Shown here: piece after piece, positions 44,632 to 54,961 of the stretch | Position numbering within the stretch: position 1 is the first letter of the stretch | Layout of the letters: each line of letters begins with the position of its first letter | Origin: an uncultured Latescibacterota bacterium | GTDB taxonomy: Bacteria; Latescibacterota; UBA2968 | DNA length: 64,000 nt | Direction: 5' to 3' | NCBI GenBank assembly: GCA_951812755.1 | Contig: OX638329.1 | Span: forward strand, 5,355,563-5,419,562 | Notes under the pieces: generated by a model | Database searches by the model: none | Told to the model about the DNA's origin: nothing | The model's input: the letters and a program-made list of their open reading frames with translations, nothing else | Made by a program: the position numbers and the translations under genes

Positions 44632-44860
44632 TAATCAAACGAATCGCATCTTCGCGCTCAGCGTATGATACAATTAACAAACGACCGAGCTTTGATTGTC
44701 CGACGATAATATACCGATGCTCATCATAAGAGTGGTCGGGATCGTAGAAATCAACATAAAGTGCATCTTCAAAGACAGTTTTTGCTTCATCAAATGCCAC
44801 ACCGTGCTTTGACAGATTCGCGGCTGCTTTATTCTTATCCCACTCAAATTCCATTGACAT
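44582..44860 (-). CDS. brnT: BrnT-family ribonuclease toxin
   Basis: 92 aa; MSMEFEWDKNKAAANLSKHGVAFDEA… matches the conserved BrnT N-terminus. Confidence 0.8.
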   Translation of the reverse strand: MSMEFEWDKNKAAANLSKHGVAFDEAKTVFEDALYVDFYDPDHSYDEHRYIIVGQSKLGRLLIVSYAEREDAIRLISARETTRKERQAYEEG

Positions 44861-44918
44861 AAGCCAAAAACCCGATATATCAGAGAGATCGCTCCCTGCG
44901 CTTCAGCGATCAAAATTA

Positions 44919-45161
44919 TCATTTTAGTGTGTCGGACATTTCTACGATTCGATCAATGAGTGGGCGATAAGTCGAGTTATGTAAATGTTCTTTGTACCAT
45001 TCCGAATATGTTCCTGCTTCTAAGTGTTCTTGAATCATTCGATTTTCTTCCAGTAATGTCCATAGATTATGGGTAGCTCGGTTACAACAGCCATAGATAC
45101 GGTTTGCTTTAAGACCATCTATCCCATATTGTTGACAGACGGGACATTGACATTCTATCAA
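44919..45161 (-). pseudogene. C-terminal remnant (about 80 aa) of queuine tRNA-ribosyltransferase (tgt)
   Basis: Zinc motif CQCPVCQQ…H and a THNLWTL segment matching the Tgt C-terminus. No N-terminal catalytic barrel is present. Confidence 0.55.
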
Positions 45162-45358
45162 TCTTTTCCATGCTCGTTGACTTGGCTTGTGTATTTTCCA
45201 ATTACCAAGTTCAGCCTACTGCACGATCTCCAATGCCCGGCAGGCACTAATCAATATACTCAAGGGGTTGAGATTCCACAAGTTGACAGACAGTTCCACA
45301 CAACAATAGCCCGATGAATAACTGATCCCCCGGGCTATTGTTTTTTCATTATCCCAAT

Positions 45359-47815
45359 CTATTCATGCCGTAGTGCTTCCACCGGATTGGACAGAGCTAC
45401 GCGAAGGGCGTGAAAACTCACAGTAAATAACGCAATCGCCAATGCAACCGCGCCACTCAAAACAAATATCCACCATGAAAGATCCGTGCGATACGCAAAG
45501 CCATCCAGCCAACTTCGCATCGCAAAATACGCAACCGGCCATGCAAACAGATTCGCAATCAAAACCATAATTGCAAATGTTCTGGAAACCAAAATCACAA
45601 TATTTGACACACTCGCACCCAAAACCTTTCGCACCCCAATTTCTTTCACGCGCTGCTCAATCGCAAATGCCGCAAGACCAAACAGCCCCATACACGCGAG
45701 CAAAATCGCCATTCCTGAAGAGAGTAATGTAAGTGCCTGCGCCCGTTGTTCTGCAGAGTACATATATTCAAACTGCTGATCCCACATCATATATTCAAAT
45801 GCCTGATCCGCAGGGGCGAAACGCTTCCAGGTCTTTTCAAAAAAAACGAGCGTCTCTTCCATGCCTTCGGCTTTGACGCGCACGCCCAAACTGTAAAATT
45901 GCTGGTGCCGAAGCGTCAGTGCAACAGGACCAATTTTTTCTTGCAACGGACCGTAGTGAAAGTCTTGCACAACGCCAATCACCGTCCCCTTTCGATTTCT
46001 CTCTCGATCAACCCACTCAAAAGACTTGCCAATGGGATCATCCCAGCCGAGCCGCTCAACTGCCGTTTCATTGATGATAAAGGCTTTTGACGTATCTGTG
46101 GGAAATGCAATCGGATCAAATTTGCGTCCTTCTACCAATTCAACTTGAAACACATCGAGATAATCTTCATCGACCTCCAGAAGCGGCATGCGCCAGTCTG
46201 TACCCTCATGCCCCTCTGCTCGAATCGTTCGGATAATACCTCCACTCCATCCAACCCGCCAGCGATAAGCCGTTGCTTCGAGCGCGTTCGGATGGGCGAG
46301 GAATGCTTCTTTCACCGTAGCATAACGGGCAGCGAGCTTTTGCTCCGGATCCAATTTTGTTTCCTGATCGAGAACAAATATGGGCATGAGCACCATCTGC
46401 TCCATATTAAGACCCAGATGTTTATTTTTAATATAATCGAGTTGCTGATAAATCACCCCCGTACTCGCGATCAGAATAATTGAAATAGCAAATTGTGCCA
46501 CCACCAATCCCCTCCGAATCCACTGCCCCCGCGAACCCGCACGGAATGCCCCTTTTAGCGTTTCTGTGGGTTCATACGCAGAAAGAAAAAACGCGGGATA
46601 GACACCGGCAAATATCCCGACGAATACAGCAATACCAATCAAGGCAATTGCGAGCAAGGGATCACTCGACAAATTGAACTCGATCTGCTTGTAGAAAAAG
46701 GCATTAAACTCGGGAAGCACAAGTTCGACGGCACTAAGCGCGAGAACAAGCGCAATCAATGCCATGAGAACAGACTCGCCCAAAAACTGACTCATCAGTT
46801 GTGAACGATACGCACCCGACACCTTTCGCAAACCCACCTCGTGCGCCCTGCGAGCCGATTGCGCCGTAGTCAAATTTGTAAAATTAATACATCCAATCGC
46901 GAGCACCAGAACTGCAATAGCACCAAATTGATAGACGCGATCAATATCGCCGTACCAATCCAGATTGTAGTCCTGTCTCGAATAGAGATGAATGTGGTCA
47001 AGAGGCTGGAGATGATACGCATTTGTGCGCGCGATCTCTGCGCCCATATAGCGATCCATAAATTCGGGGAGCTTTGCGGACAGCGCCCTGAGATCCGCCC
47101 CTTCTCGCAGCAGAAGATATGTATTGACGGGACGCCAGCCATCGGTTGGTATCCAATCTTCCCAGAGGTATTTCGCGCCTTCGGACGCGAATCCGCCTGT
47201 TCCGATATAATCGATATAATCGGTTTCACCGTAGCGACTGAGTGTAGAATTGCGAGGCACATCTTTTATTATAGCAGTGATGGTGCGCTCGCCTCCGTGA
47301 TGCTTGCTTTCAGAGGTAATGGTCTTGCCAATCGGATCTTCGTCTCCAAATAACCGCTTTGCCCCTGATTCTGTTATAGCAATGGCATTGGGATTGGGAA
47401 ATGCAGTTTCGAGATTGCCACGCACAAATGGAAAGTCGAAAATTTCAAACAACTCGGGATCAACAATACAGATGCTCAGTGGAAATTTTTTTTCTCCCAG
47501 GCTTACGTCTATGAAATCGACCCATACGCGCACGGCTTTCTCCACTTCGGGAAAATCCCGCTCAAGTGCCCCTGCCAGTGCGCCCGACGTATCGGGCAAA
47601 TAATTCGATTGTCCCCCAGCCTTAGTCTCCCGCATCACGCGATAGATCCGATCACCTTTTGCATGCCAACTGTCAAAACTCAACTCGTCCTGAATATAGA
47701 GCACGATCAAAATGCACGTGCTCAAACCAATGGCAAGCCCCAGAATATTAATAGCACTAAAGGTTTTTTGCCGCTTGAGATTTCTTAGAGCGATAATCAG
47801 GTAATTTCTGAACAC
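45359..47815 (-). CDS. ABC transporter permease, MacB/FtsX-like with two FtsX domains
   Basis: 818 aa. The N-terminus MFRNYLIIALRNLKRQKTFSAINILGLAIGLS is typical of this family. Two four-TM FtsX modules. Confidence 0.85.
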   Translation of the reverse strand: MFRNYLIIALRNLKRQKTFSAINILGLAIGLSTCILIVLYIQDELSFDSWHAKGDRIYRVMRETKAGGQSNYLPDTSGALAGALERDFPEVEKAVRVWVDFIDVSLGEKKFPLSICIVDPELFEIFDFPFVRGNLETAFPNPNAIAITESGAKRLFGDEDPIGKTITSESKHHGGERTITAIIKDVPRNSTLSRYGETDYIDYIGTGGFASEGAKYLWEDWIPTDGWRPVNTYLLLREGADLRALSAKLPEFMDRYMGAEIARTNAYHLQPLDHIHLYSRQDYNLDWYGDIDRVYQFGAIAVLVLAIGCINFTNLTTAQSARRAHEVGLRKVSGAYRSQLMSQFLGESVLMALIALVLALSAVELVLPEFNAFFYKQIEFNLSSDPLLAIALIGIAVFVGIFAGVYPAFFLSAYEPTETLKGAFRAGSRGQWIRRGLVVAQFAISIILIASTGVIYQQLDYIKNKHLGLNMEQMVLMPIFVLDQETKLDPEQKLAARYATVKEAFLAHPNALEATAYRWRVGWSGGIIRTIRAEGHEGTDWRMPLLEVDEDYLDVFQVELVEGRKFDPIAFPTDTSKAFIINETAVERLGWDDPIGKSFEWVDRERNRKGTVIGVVQDFHYGPLQEKIGPVALTLRHQQFYSLGVRVKAEGMEETLVFFEKTWKRFAPADQAFEYMMWDQQFEYMYSAEQRAQALTLLSSGMAILLACMGLFGLAAFAIEQRVKEIGVRKVLGASVSNIVILVSRTFAIMVLIANLFAWPVAYFAMRSWLDGFAYRTDLSWWIFVLSGAVALAIALFTVSFHALRVALSNPVEALRHE

Positions 47816-48154
47816 GATAACCCTCCCCCGTTACAAGTAGAACGAATTAAAAACTATTAACCCATTAGACACACCAGAAAAATAATGGGGTGGAAAGTTT
47901 CCACCCAAAAAGAAAGCAATTTCTGTGCCAAAATTCTCTTCTCTATATTTTACAATCAGTTATGAAATTTGTGTCCTGAGCGCAGTTTAATAAGTGTCCG
48001 ATTTTGATACAGTGGTGTCCGAAAATGAACACCTAAAATAAAAATCAGGCACATTGTTTTGATCTCAATGTGCCTGCTGTATTACCCACAGAACTATTAT
48101 TTATTAGAATGGATTCAAAGTTTTTAGTCATGCCTCCATTACCTGGATTGACGA

Positions 48155-49066
48155 TCAGCGCTGGATACGCAATGCTTCCATCTTGCTCTTTATGAGCGCA
48201 ACCAATTCTTGATTCCCTGATCGGACAGCATACCCCAGGGCAGTCCATCCCTCGAAGTCTTGCTCATACACATCTGCGCCGTAACTGAGCAAGAGACGCG
48301 CCATAGCAATATCTCCCATCATGGCAGCTTGCATCAGGGGCGTCTGTCCCTTTGCCCCCTGCACATTAATATTCATCCCATCTTCTCGACTGAGAAGTGC
48401 TTCCACTAAGTCCAGGCGACCAGACTCAACAGCCACAATCAGCACCAAAGAATCACCCTGCGTTCTAACTATGGTACACGCGGTGCGAGAGATGCTATTA
48501 TCTGTCTTCGCCTCAAAGTAGTACACCCCTGAGGGAATTATCTCGCCGGCTGAAGTTACCCCATTCCAGAAATAGGCATCGTCCCAAACCTTTCCATCCT
48601 CCCTTGTTTCCGAATAAATGATCTTACCTTCTATAGAGCGGACTGATACAGATGTTGCAGCATTGGTGGTCATGTTCACGTCTAAGTCACCAGTGCCATC
48701 CCAGGTTATTAGCTGATGATTGGGCAGTCCATTTCTCACGAGTGGAAGAAAATAGGGGTTAAGCATTGTAGAAGACTCTGCAATATCCAAAATTGTCTGC
48801 CCATCTTGATCTATCGCAAGACGATCCGCGCCAGCCTCAAGAAGAGCCCTTATTATTCCACCAAAGTTTTCCCCAACCGCATAATAGAGCGGCGTCCTAC
48901 CACCGCCATCGAATATTGTGTCTGGATCTGCACCCAACGCGATTAAACGTCGTACCTCCTGCACATTTCTACCGAGAATTGCTTGAAACAGATCATTGAC
49001 TTCTGCATCTGCATCCCCGCAAAGCCCACATAAAAAGAAACTCACAAACAGAATCCTGATAATCAT
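48155..49066 (-). CDS. Secreted ankyrin-repeat protein with an inserted Ig-like (FlgD-like) beta domain
   Basis: Signal-peptide-like N-terminus MIIRILFVSFFLCGLCG. Multiple ankyrin repeats. The central segment (…GVYYFEAKTDN…) resembles FlgD-type Ig-like folds. Confidence 0.6.
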   Translation of the reverse strand: MIIRILFVSFFLCGLCGDADAEVNDLFQAILGRNVQEVRRLIALGADPDTIFDGGGRTPLYYAVGENFGGIIRALLEAGADRLAIDQDGQTILDIAESSTMLNPYFLPLVRNGLPNHQLITWDGTGDLDVNMTTNAATSVSVRSIEGKIIYSETREDGKVWDDAYFWNGVTSAGEIIPSGVYYFEAKTDNSISRTACTIVRTQGDSLVLIVAVESGRLDLVEALLSREDGMNINVQGAKGQTPLMQAAMMGDIAMARLLLSYGADVYEQDFEGWTALGYAVRSGNQELVALIKSKMEALRIQR

Positions 49067-49096
49067 TGGTCACTCCCAATAGCAAAACACAACAGG

Positions 49097-50881
49097 TCAA
49101 ATCACCAACCGCTTCATCTCGTGCTTCTTAGCGAAATACACATTATTTCCCATCACAGGACCGGGGACTTGGAAAGCGCCTTCTTCCTCGTAAAGGGAAG
49201 TAATCGCGCGGTGGGCTGGATCGAACGCATAAAAAGACCCCGTCGTAAAACCGTATATCTTCCCATCTGGACCATTCTGAAGACCCAGATCCAGAGGACG
49301 CCCATCTAAGGGAACCGCATAGAGAAACGCCCGCGAAACAGGATCAAACGCAAACAGAACAGGACCATCATCGCCCAGAGCAGTCCCATACAACAAACCA
49401 TCCTCACCGACAACAAGCGCATTAATCGCCGAAATCTGCCTATCCAGCGTCCCCTCCCAAGCCTTCTCTTCCCGCTCATAATCCCACAAAAACAACACCG
49501 CCTGTGAAACCCGCGGACGGGTACCAGACCCGCCGTTAATCGTCGTCCCCACAGCAAGCAAACCCTGGCGAGACAGCCATGCCAGCGACCAGCAACTCGC
49601 CTCACCAGCAATATCGCGGTAAGACCCAAACTGCTCCGTGCCCGGATCAAACCACGACAACGGACCGCCCCACAGGCCGTAATCCGGAACAGACGCAATC
49701 CACACCCGCCCCATCGGACCCGTCACCATCGAACGAGGGCGATAAGACACCTCATCTACACGCTCCAGGTCACGCGGATTGCTATCAGCCTCCAACCCAA
49801 AACGGTACGGACGCGAAGGATCATACACCGACAGCCTGGCACCGGGATAAGAACAAATATAGAGCTTCCCATCCAAATTCCCCATCGAATACGCCTCTCC
49901 GGTCGCCGTAGAACAAACCCCCAGATCCGTCATCTCACCCGAAGAAGGCACATACCGAAACAAATGCAACGGCAAAATACTCGACCCGTAGATATTGTCA
50001 TCCGGACCGCGATGCATCAAAAACAACTCGCTCCCCGCCGATTTGTATGTAATAGGCAACCGCCTCGTCTCGCCCGTCTCGGGCTGTCTCATCTCAACCA
50101 CGCGGTACATCTGCTCATCACGATCCGCAAAATCCACAACCGCGCCATCGGACATCGTCGGCAACGACGCAGGCTCGGGAAGCGACGCCACCCGAACCGC
50201 CTCAAACCCCGCCAGGCGAAAATTGCCCTCAGACGACTGAATATAAAGCGATCCATCGGACGCCCGCATCAACGACGACGCCCCACCATCCTCCTTCGAC
50301 ACAACCGGTCCCACCGCTTGACGAACACCCGTCCTCGGATCGAGCACCACCACATGGGGTCGCGTCATCTTAATATCGCATGCAATCGTCCCATCGGGAG
50401 CACACATCGGATAACAATACATATCCGTCTCATCCATCCGCCCATATCGCACAAACTCACCCGTCTTCGGATCGTAACTCGTCAGCCCCGCCGAACCGTA
50501 ACATCCGATCCACAGCACCCCCTGGGCATCCTCATCAATACGGCAGGGAAACGTATCATCCGGCAAATTAATCGCCCCCAAATTATCCAAACACCCTGCC
50601 TTTGGATCATAGCAAAACAAATAACCCGCGTACGCCGCCCCAATATAAATCACACCACTTCGGCTCAGCAGCATAGCCGTCGGATAATGCGCCGAAGGCA
50701 GCATCGCCGTCACCTGATCCGTATCACCCGTAATCGGATCCACCTTCACCACCATAAAACCATCTGCCTGCTGGCCCATCACAGCCACCAGACAATCGCG
50801 AGCCTCTGCATCCAGCGCCGGAAAAATACGCACCCAGTTGACACTGCGGATCGGCACGCCAAGAGTATGGACAGAAGACAC
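49097..50881 (-). CDS. Hypothetical protein (594 aa), possibly a beta-propeller fold
   Basis: Long ORF with coding-like composition and repeated Gly/aromatic-rich segments. No motif I can name confidently. Confidence 0.4.
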   Translation of the reverse strand: MSSVHTLGVPIRSVNWVRIFPALDAEARDCLVAVMGQQADGFMVVKVDPITGDTDQVTAMLPSAHYPTAMLLSRSGVIYIGAAYAGYLFCYDPKAGCLDNLGAINLPDDTFPCRIDEDAQGVLWIGCYGSAGLTSYDPKTGEFVRYGRMDETDMYCYPMCAPDGTIACDIKMTRPHVVVLDPRTGVRQAVGPVVSKEDGGASSLMRASDGSLYIQSSEGNFRLAGFEAVRVASLPEPASLPTMSDGAVVDFADRDEQMYRVVEMRQPETGETRRLPITYKSAGSELFLMHRGPDDNIYGSSILPLHLFRYVPSSGEMTDLGVCSTATGEAYSMGNLDGKLYICSYPGARLSVYDPSRPYRFGLEADSNPRDLERVDEVSYRPRSMVTGPMGRVWIASVPDYGLWGGPLSWFDPGTEQFGSYRDIAGEASCWSLAWLSRQGLLAVGTTINGGSGTRPRVSQAVLFLWDYEREEKAWEGTLDRQISAINALVVGEDGLLYGTALGDDGPVLFAFDPVSRAFLYAVPLDGRPLDLGLQNGPDGKIYGFTTGSFYAFDPAHRAITSLYEEEGAFQVPGPVMGNNVYFAKKHEMKRLVI

Positions 50882-50934
50882 GACACACCCCCAAAAAAAA
50901 TGGAATGACCCGTTTTTGGATCATCCCACAACAA

Positions 50935-53196
50935 TCAAAACTGATATTCTCGCTTAGTCTTTTTCGGTTGACTGGGCGTCGGCAAAGACTGTGTATTCGA
51001 AGTATGTATATGACACGGACGTTTGGGTTCAGTACCCGGCTTAAACACCTCGGTATAGCGCTTAGAACAATAAATAGACGCCACCTCATAAGTCTCCCCA
51101 CAAACCTCCACCTTTGGAATATCCTCCGGCAACACAAAATTTTCAACCGGCAGCCTCAGCATGGCATGGGCACGCTGCATAAACTCCGCCCAAATCGGCA
51201 ACGCCACAGCCGCGCCCGACATTCGGCTGCCCATCGACACCTTGGAATCAAACCCCACCCAAACCCCACACACAATCTGCGGCGTAAACCCGATAAACCA
51301 CGCATCGGCATACTCCTGCGTCGTACCCGTCTTCCCCGCGGCGGGACGACGAAAACCAAAAGCCGTGCGCGCAATCCGCCCCGTACCAGTCAAAACCGCG
51401 TAATTTTCACCCGCCCGCATATCCAGAATCGACTGCATCAGATTCACCGTCACAGCCGCAGTCTCCTCACTCAGCACAACTTCTTCTCGCCCCTGCACAT
51501 TCTCCTCGAGCACATTGCCATTCTTATCCTCAATCTTCAAAATCGACATCGGCGTCACCCGAATACCCTTATTCGCCAGCGTCCCATAAGCCGACACCAA
51601 CTCCAACAACTTGACCTCACTCGTACCCATCCCCAAAGACAAAACCGGTTGAACCTGTGAATCAATACCCATCCTCATAGCGTATTGCACCACCGTCTTC
51701 GGACCCACCGCTTGCAACACCTGAGTCGTCACCACATTGCGAGAACCGGCAAGCCCCTCGCGCATCGTCATCCACCCCAAAAATTTTCGGTCGTAATTCT
51801 CCGGCTGCCAATACGTCCCGTCGAACATCTTGACCGACACAGCCGTATCGGGCAACCGCCAGGTGGCCGTATGGCCCTTATCAACCGCAGCCGTATAAAT
51901 AAAAGGCTTAAAAGCAGACCCCGGCTGACGCAACGCCTGCGTTGCGCGATTGAACTTGCTCTCTTCAAAATTGCGCCCGCCCACCATCGCCAAAACATGT
52001 CCCGTATGCGGATCCAGCGCCACCAGCGCCCCCTGCAACACCAGATTGGCCAGCGTATCCTGATGCGTCTTAATCTTCGCAAAAAATGCCGCACCCGGAG
52101 GATCGCGCTTCCAATTGGCAGCCACGCGATCTTTCAGTCCCATCAATTTTTTCGACACCACATTTTCTGCAATCTCCTGTAACCGACTATCCAGCGTCGT
52201 GGTTACAGTCGCACCATCGTAAAGCACACTCAGCCCATAGGTATATTCCAAATACTTGCGAATATCCTCTGTAAAATAGGGCGCTTCTCCCGCCTCCTCG
52301 CGATTCTCCTTCAAAACAATTGGACGCTGGGCAATCGAATCGTATTCCGCCGATGTAATCTTGCCCGACCCCCGCAAATTGTACAACACCACATTATTGC
52401 GCCTATCCAGCGACCGCTCGGGATGATAAATCGGCGAATAGGGCGTCGGACCTTTCAAAAGCCCGACCAACAACGCACCCTCATCCAGCGTCAAACTTTC
52501 GACATCCTTCCCAAAAAAACGACGCGCAGCAGTCTGAATACCGTAAGCACTATTGCCAAAATACATCTGATTGAAATACATCGTAATAATTTCGCGCTTG
52601 GTATAAGTACGCTCCAAAAGCACGGCAGTCAATTGCTCCTGAATTTTGCGTGTCCACGTTGGATCCAGCGTCAAAAAAATATTGCGCGCCAGTTGTTGCG
52701 TCAGCGTACTGGCACCGTGTCCTTTTAAAGTACCCGACGTATAAACATTGCGGAACACCACGCGGATAATATCTGGAACACTCACCCCCCAGTGCCCCCA
52801 AAAACGCTGGTCTTCGGTCACGACCAGAGCGTCAATCACAGCACGCGGCAACTGCTCAAACGCAATGGGATCGCGCCTCTGCACCCAGAACTTCTTCAAC
52901 TCCACCCCATCTCGAGAAAAAATATTAGTCGTCTGCGCGGGATCCACATCCTCTAACTTATCAAAAGACGGCAAGCCATCTTTGTACCCATAAATCACCG
53001 CAACAGCAATGGTCAAATACCCCACCGCACAAATCACACAATAGATCGCCATACGGAAGAGATGGGGCCTTATCCCATAGATATACGGCTTTATCTGATC
53101 GATATATGGTTTTATGCGATCAATATATGGTTTTATCTTATCCATTTTGACCATCCTATTATTCTGCTCAGGATTTACACGACTTGAAGATATCAC
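50935..53196 (-). CDS. Penicillin-binding protein 1A (bifunctional glycosyltransferase/transpeptidase)
   Basis: GT51 motifs (EDQRFWGHWG, RKIQE) and the transpeptidase SxxK motif. The N-terminal cytoplasmic tail contains a tandem KPYID repeat. Confidence 0.85.
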   Translation of the reverse strand: MISSSRVNPEQNNRMVKMDKIKPYIDRIKPYIDQIKPYIYGIRPHLFRMAIYCVICAVGYLTIAVAVIYGYKDGLPSFDKLEDVDPAQTTNIFSRDGVELKKFWVQRRDPIAFEQLPRAVIDALVVTEDQRFWGHWGVSVPDIIRVVFRNVYTSGTLKGHGASTLTQQLARNIFLTLDPTWTRKIQEQLTAVLLERTYTKREIITMYFNQMYFGNSAYGIQTAARRFFGKDVESLTLDEGALLVGLLKGPTPYSPIYHPERSLDRRNNVVLYNLRGSGKITSAEYDSIAQRPIVLKENREEAGEAPYFTEDIRKYLEYTYGLSVLYDGATVTTTLDSRLQEIAENVVSKKLMGLKDRVAANWKRDPPGAAFFAKIKTHQDTLANLVLQGALVALDPHTGHVLAMVGGRNFEESKFNRATQALRQPGSAFKPFIYTAAVDKGHTATWRLPDTAVSVKMFDGTYWQPENYDRKFLGWMTMREGLAGSRNVVTTQVLQAVGPKTVVQYAMRMGIDSQVQPVLSLGMGTSEVKLLELVSAYGTLANKGIRVTPMSILKIEDKNGNVLEENVQGREEVVLSEETAAVTVNLMQSILDMRAGENYAVLTGTGRIARTAFGFRRPAAGKTGTTQEYADAWFIGFTPQIVCGVWVGFDSKVSMGSRMSGAAVALPIWAEFMQRAHAMLRLPVENFVLPEDIPKVEVCGETYEVASIYCSKRYTEVFKPGTEPKRPCHIHTSNTQSLPTPSQPKKTKREYQF
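53058..53135. repeat. Three imperfect tandem 24-bp repeats inside the 5' end of the PBP1A gene (encoding IKPYIDRIKPYIDQIKPYIYG)
   Basis: gatcgatatatggttttat-type units read directly from the sequence. Confidence 0.6.
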
Positions 53197-53271
53197 AGGA
53201 ATCCTCTCACCACTCCGAATCGGTGGAAGGAAGGGGCATCCTGATCATCCTTGCATCCTGTTAATCCTGAT

Positions 53272-54879
53272 CTAATCCGGGTAAAGCCACGGCACGCGGC
53301 TGATGAGATAATCGCGTTGTTCCTGCATCATCACCTCAATCACAGTAGGACCTTCCAAACCCAGCGTATCGGCAAAAACAGCTTCAAAACGATCGGGATC
53401 ATCCACGCGGATACCCCGCGCCCCCAAAGACCGCGCGAGATCCGCAAGACGAGGCGTCTTCATATCAGTATCGATCACCCGACCATCAAAAGCCTTCACC
53501 TGAGAACCGCGAATCGCCGAAAGACTACCATCATTGGAAACAACCGAAACCGTCCCAACACCGTGTTCCGCCGCAGTAGCCAGTTCACTCGCCGTCATCT
53601 GAAACCCGCCATCGCCACAAAACGCGACAACCTGCTGATCCGGACAGGCGAGCTTCGCGCCAATAGCAGCGGGAACCGCAAATCCCAGCGTAACCGAATG
53701 ACTGGGATAGAGAAACGTGCGCGGAATAGTAATCGGATACTCGTCAAACGCGCGATACCCAATAGACGTAACATCCACCACAATAATCGTATCTTCGGGA
53801 AGCGAATTGCGCGTAACGCCCATAATCGGCACTGGCTCGCGATTAGACGTGGCTTCAACCCGCGTGCGATCAATAAAATCGCCCCAATCAGCCGTATAAC
53901 CAGCCGCTACCCCTGCGAGTTGGGGAATCGATTGCGCCAGATCGCCCGCAACACCCGCCTCAATCGGATACTCGCGCCCAAGCTCCCGCGGATCGGGGTC
54001 GAGCTGAACCTGGCGATCCGGCAAAGGCAGCGACCAACCCCGCGTATCAATCTGCGTAAAGCGACAACCAATACCGAGCAGCAAATCGGCACTACCGAGA
54101 ATCGTCTTACCCGCCTGCGCCGAACAATGCCCCACAGTCAGGGGATGCCCATCTGGCATAACCCCCTTTCCCAAACGGGAATAAACAACCGGAATATTGA
54201 GACCCTCTGCGAGAGAACAAAGCGCATCGGTCGCATTGGCGTGAATAACCGCGCTACCCGCCAGAATAACCGGACGCACAGCCGCGCGAAGCACCGCGGC
54301 CACGCGGTCAATATCCGCGCTATCGGGACAAAGGCGATCCCCCTCAACCACAGGTGGAATATCCGCCATACCCTCCTCCGCGGCAACATCAGTCGGCAAT
54401 TCAATAACCGCAGGACCGGGACGCGGGGCGCGCAATGCTTTGAACGCACCGATAACAGCATCGGGAATTTCATCAACAGATTTGGGACGCGCAAAAAAGT
54501 GCGTAATAGACTTAAAAAAAGTCTCCTGATCCAAACCGTGAAAACACTTGGCGCGATCCCGCCCATCAAAAGCCACCTCTGTCCCCCCGGTAATCAACAG
54601 CACGGGAACGCAATCTGTATGGGCATCCACCAGACCCGTAGAGGCATTTGTCGAACCGGGACCCGGAACAGTAAGCGCGACCCCAACGCGCCCAGACGCA
54701 CGCGCATACCCGTTCGCAATCAGAGTCGCCCCCTGTTCGTGGCGGATAAGCAGATGGCGAATGCCACCGGCGCGCAGCACCGCATCGTACAGATGAATAT
54801 TCTGATTGCCGGGCATACCAGTAAGCGTATCAACACCCTGCGCTTTCAGGCTTTGGATAAGTATATCAGCACCGGTCAT
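53272..54879 (-). CDS. Thiamine-pyrophosphate-dependent enzyme (acetolactate-synthase-large-subunit-like)
   Basis: 535 aa with three-domain TPP-enzyme architecture and a GDG(G/S)F TPP-binding motif (FCGDGGFQM). Confidence 0.8.
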   Translation of the reverse strand: MTGADILIQSLKAQGVDTLTGMPGNQNIHLYDAVLRAGGIRHLLIRHEQGATLIANGYARASGRVGVALTVPGPGSTNASTGLVDAHTDCVPVLLITGGTEVAFDGRDRAKCFHGLDQETFFKSITHFFARPKSVDEIPDAVIGAFKALRAPRPGPAVIELPTDVAAEEGMADIPPVVEGDRLCPDSADIDRVAAVLRAAVRPVILAGSAVIHANATDALCSLAEGLNIPVVYSRLGKGVMPDGHPLTVGHCSAQAGKTILGSADLLLGIGCRFTQIDTRGWSLPLPDRQVQLDPDPRELGREYPIEAGVAGDLAQSIPQLAGVAAGYTADWGDFIDRTRVEATSNREPVPIMGVTRNSLPEDTIIVVDVTSIGYRAFDEYPITIPRTFLYPSHSVTLGFAVPAAIGAKLACPDQQVVAFCGDGGFQMTASELATAAEHGVGTVSVVSNDGSLSAIRGSQVKAFDGRVIDTDMKTPRLADLARSLGARGIRVDDPDRFEAVFADTLGLEGPTVIEVMMQEQRDYLISRVPWLYPD

Positions 54880-54961
54880 AAAAAGTTCCTTATTAGTTGT
54901 CAGTTGTCAGTCCCACACAACAACCACCCAGTCCCTCTTTTTTTCATGCATTCATCTGCGT

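Noticed and set aside
49964-51660. 314-aa and 251-aa + strand ORFs rich in Arg/His/Pro/Thr
   Set aside because: They lie antisense to the 594-aa hypothetical gene and the PBP1A gene. These are shadow-ORF artefacts.
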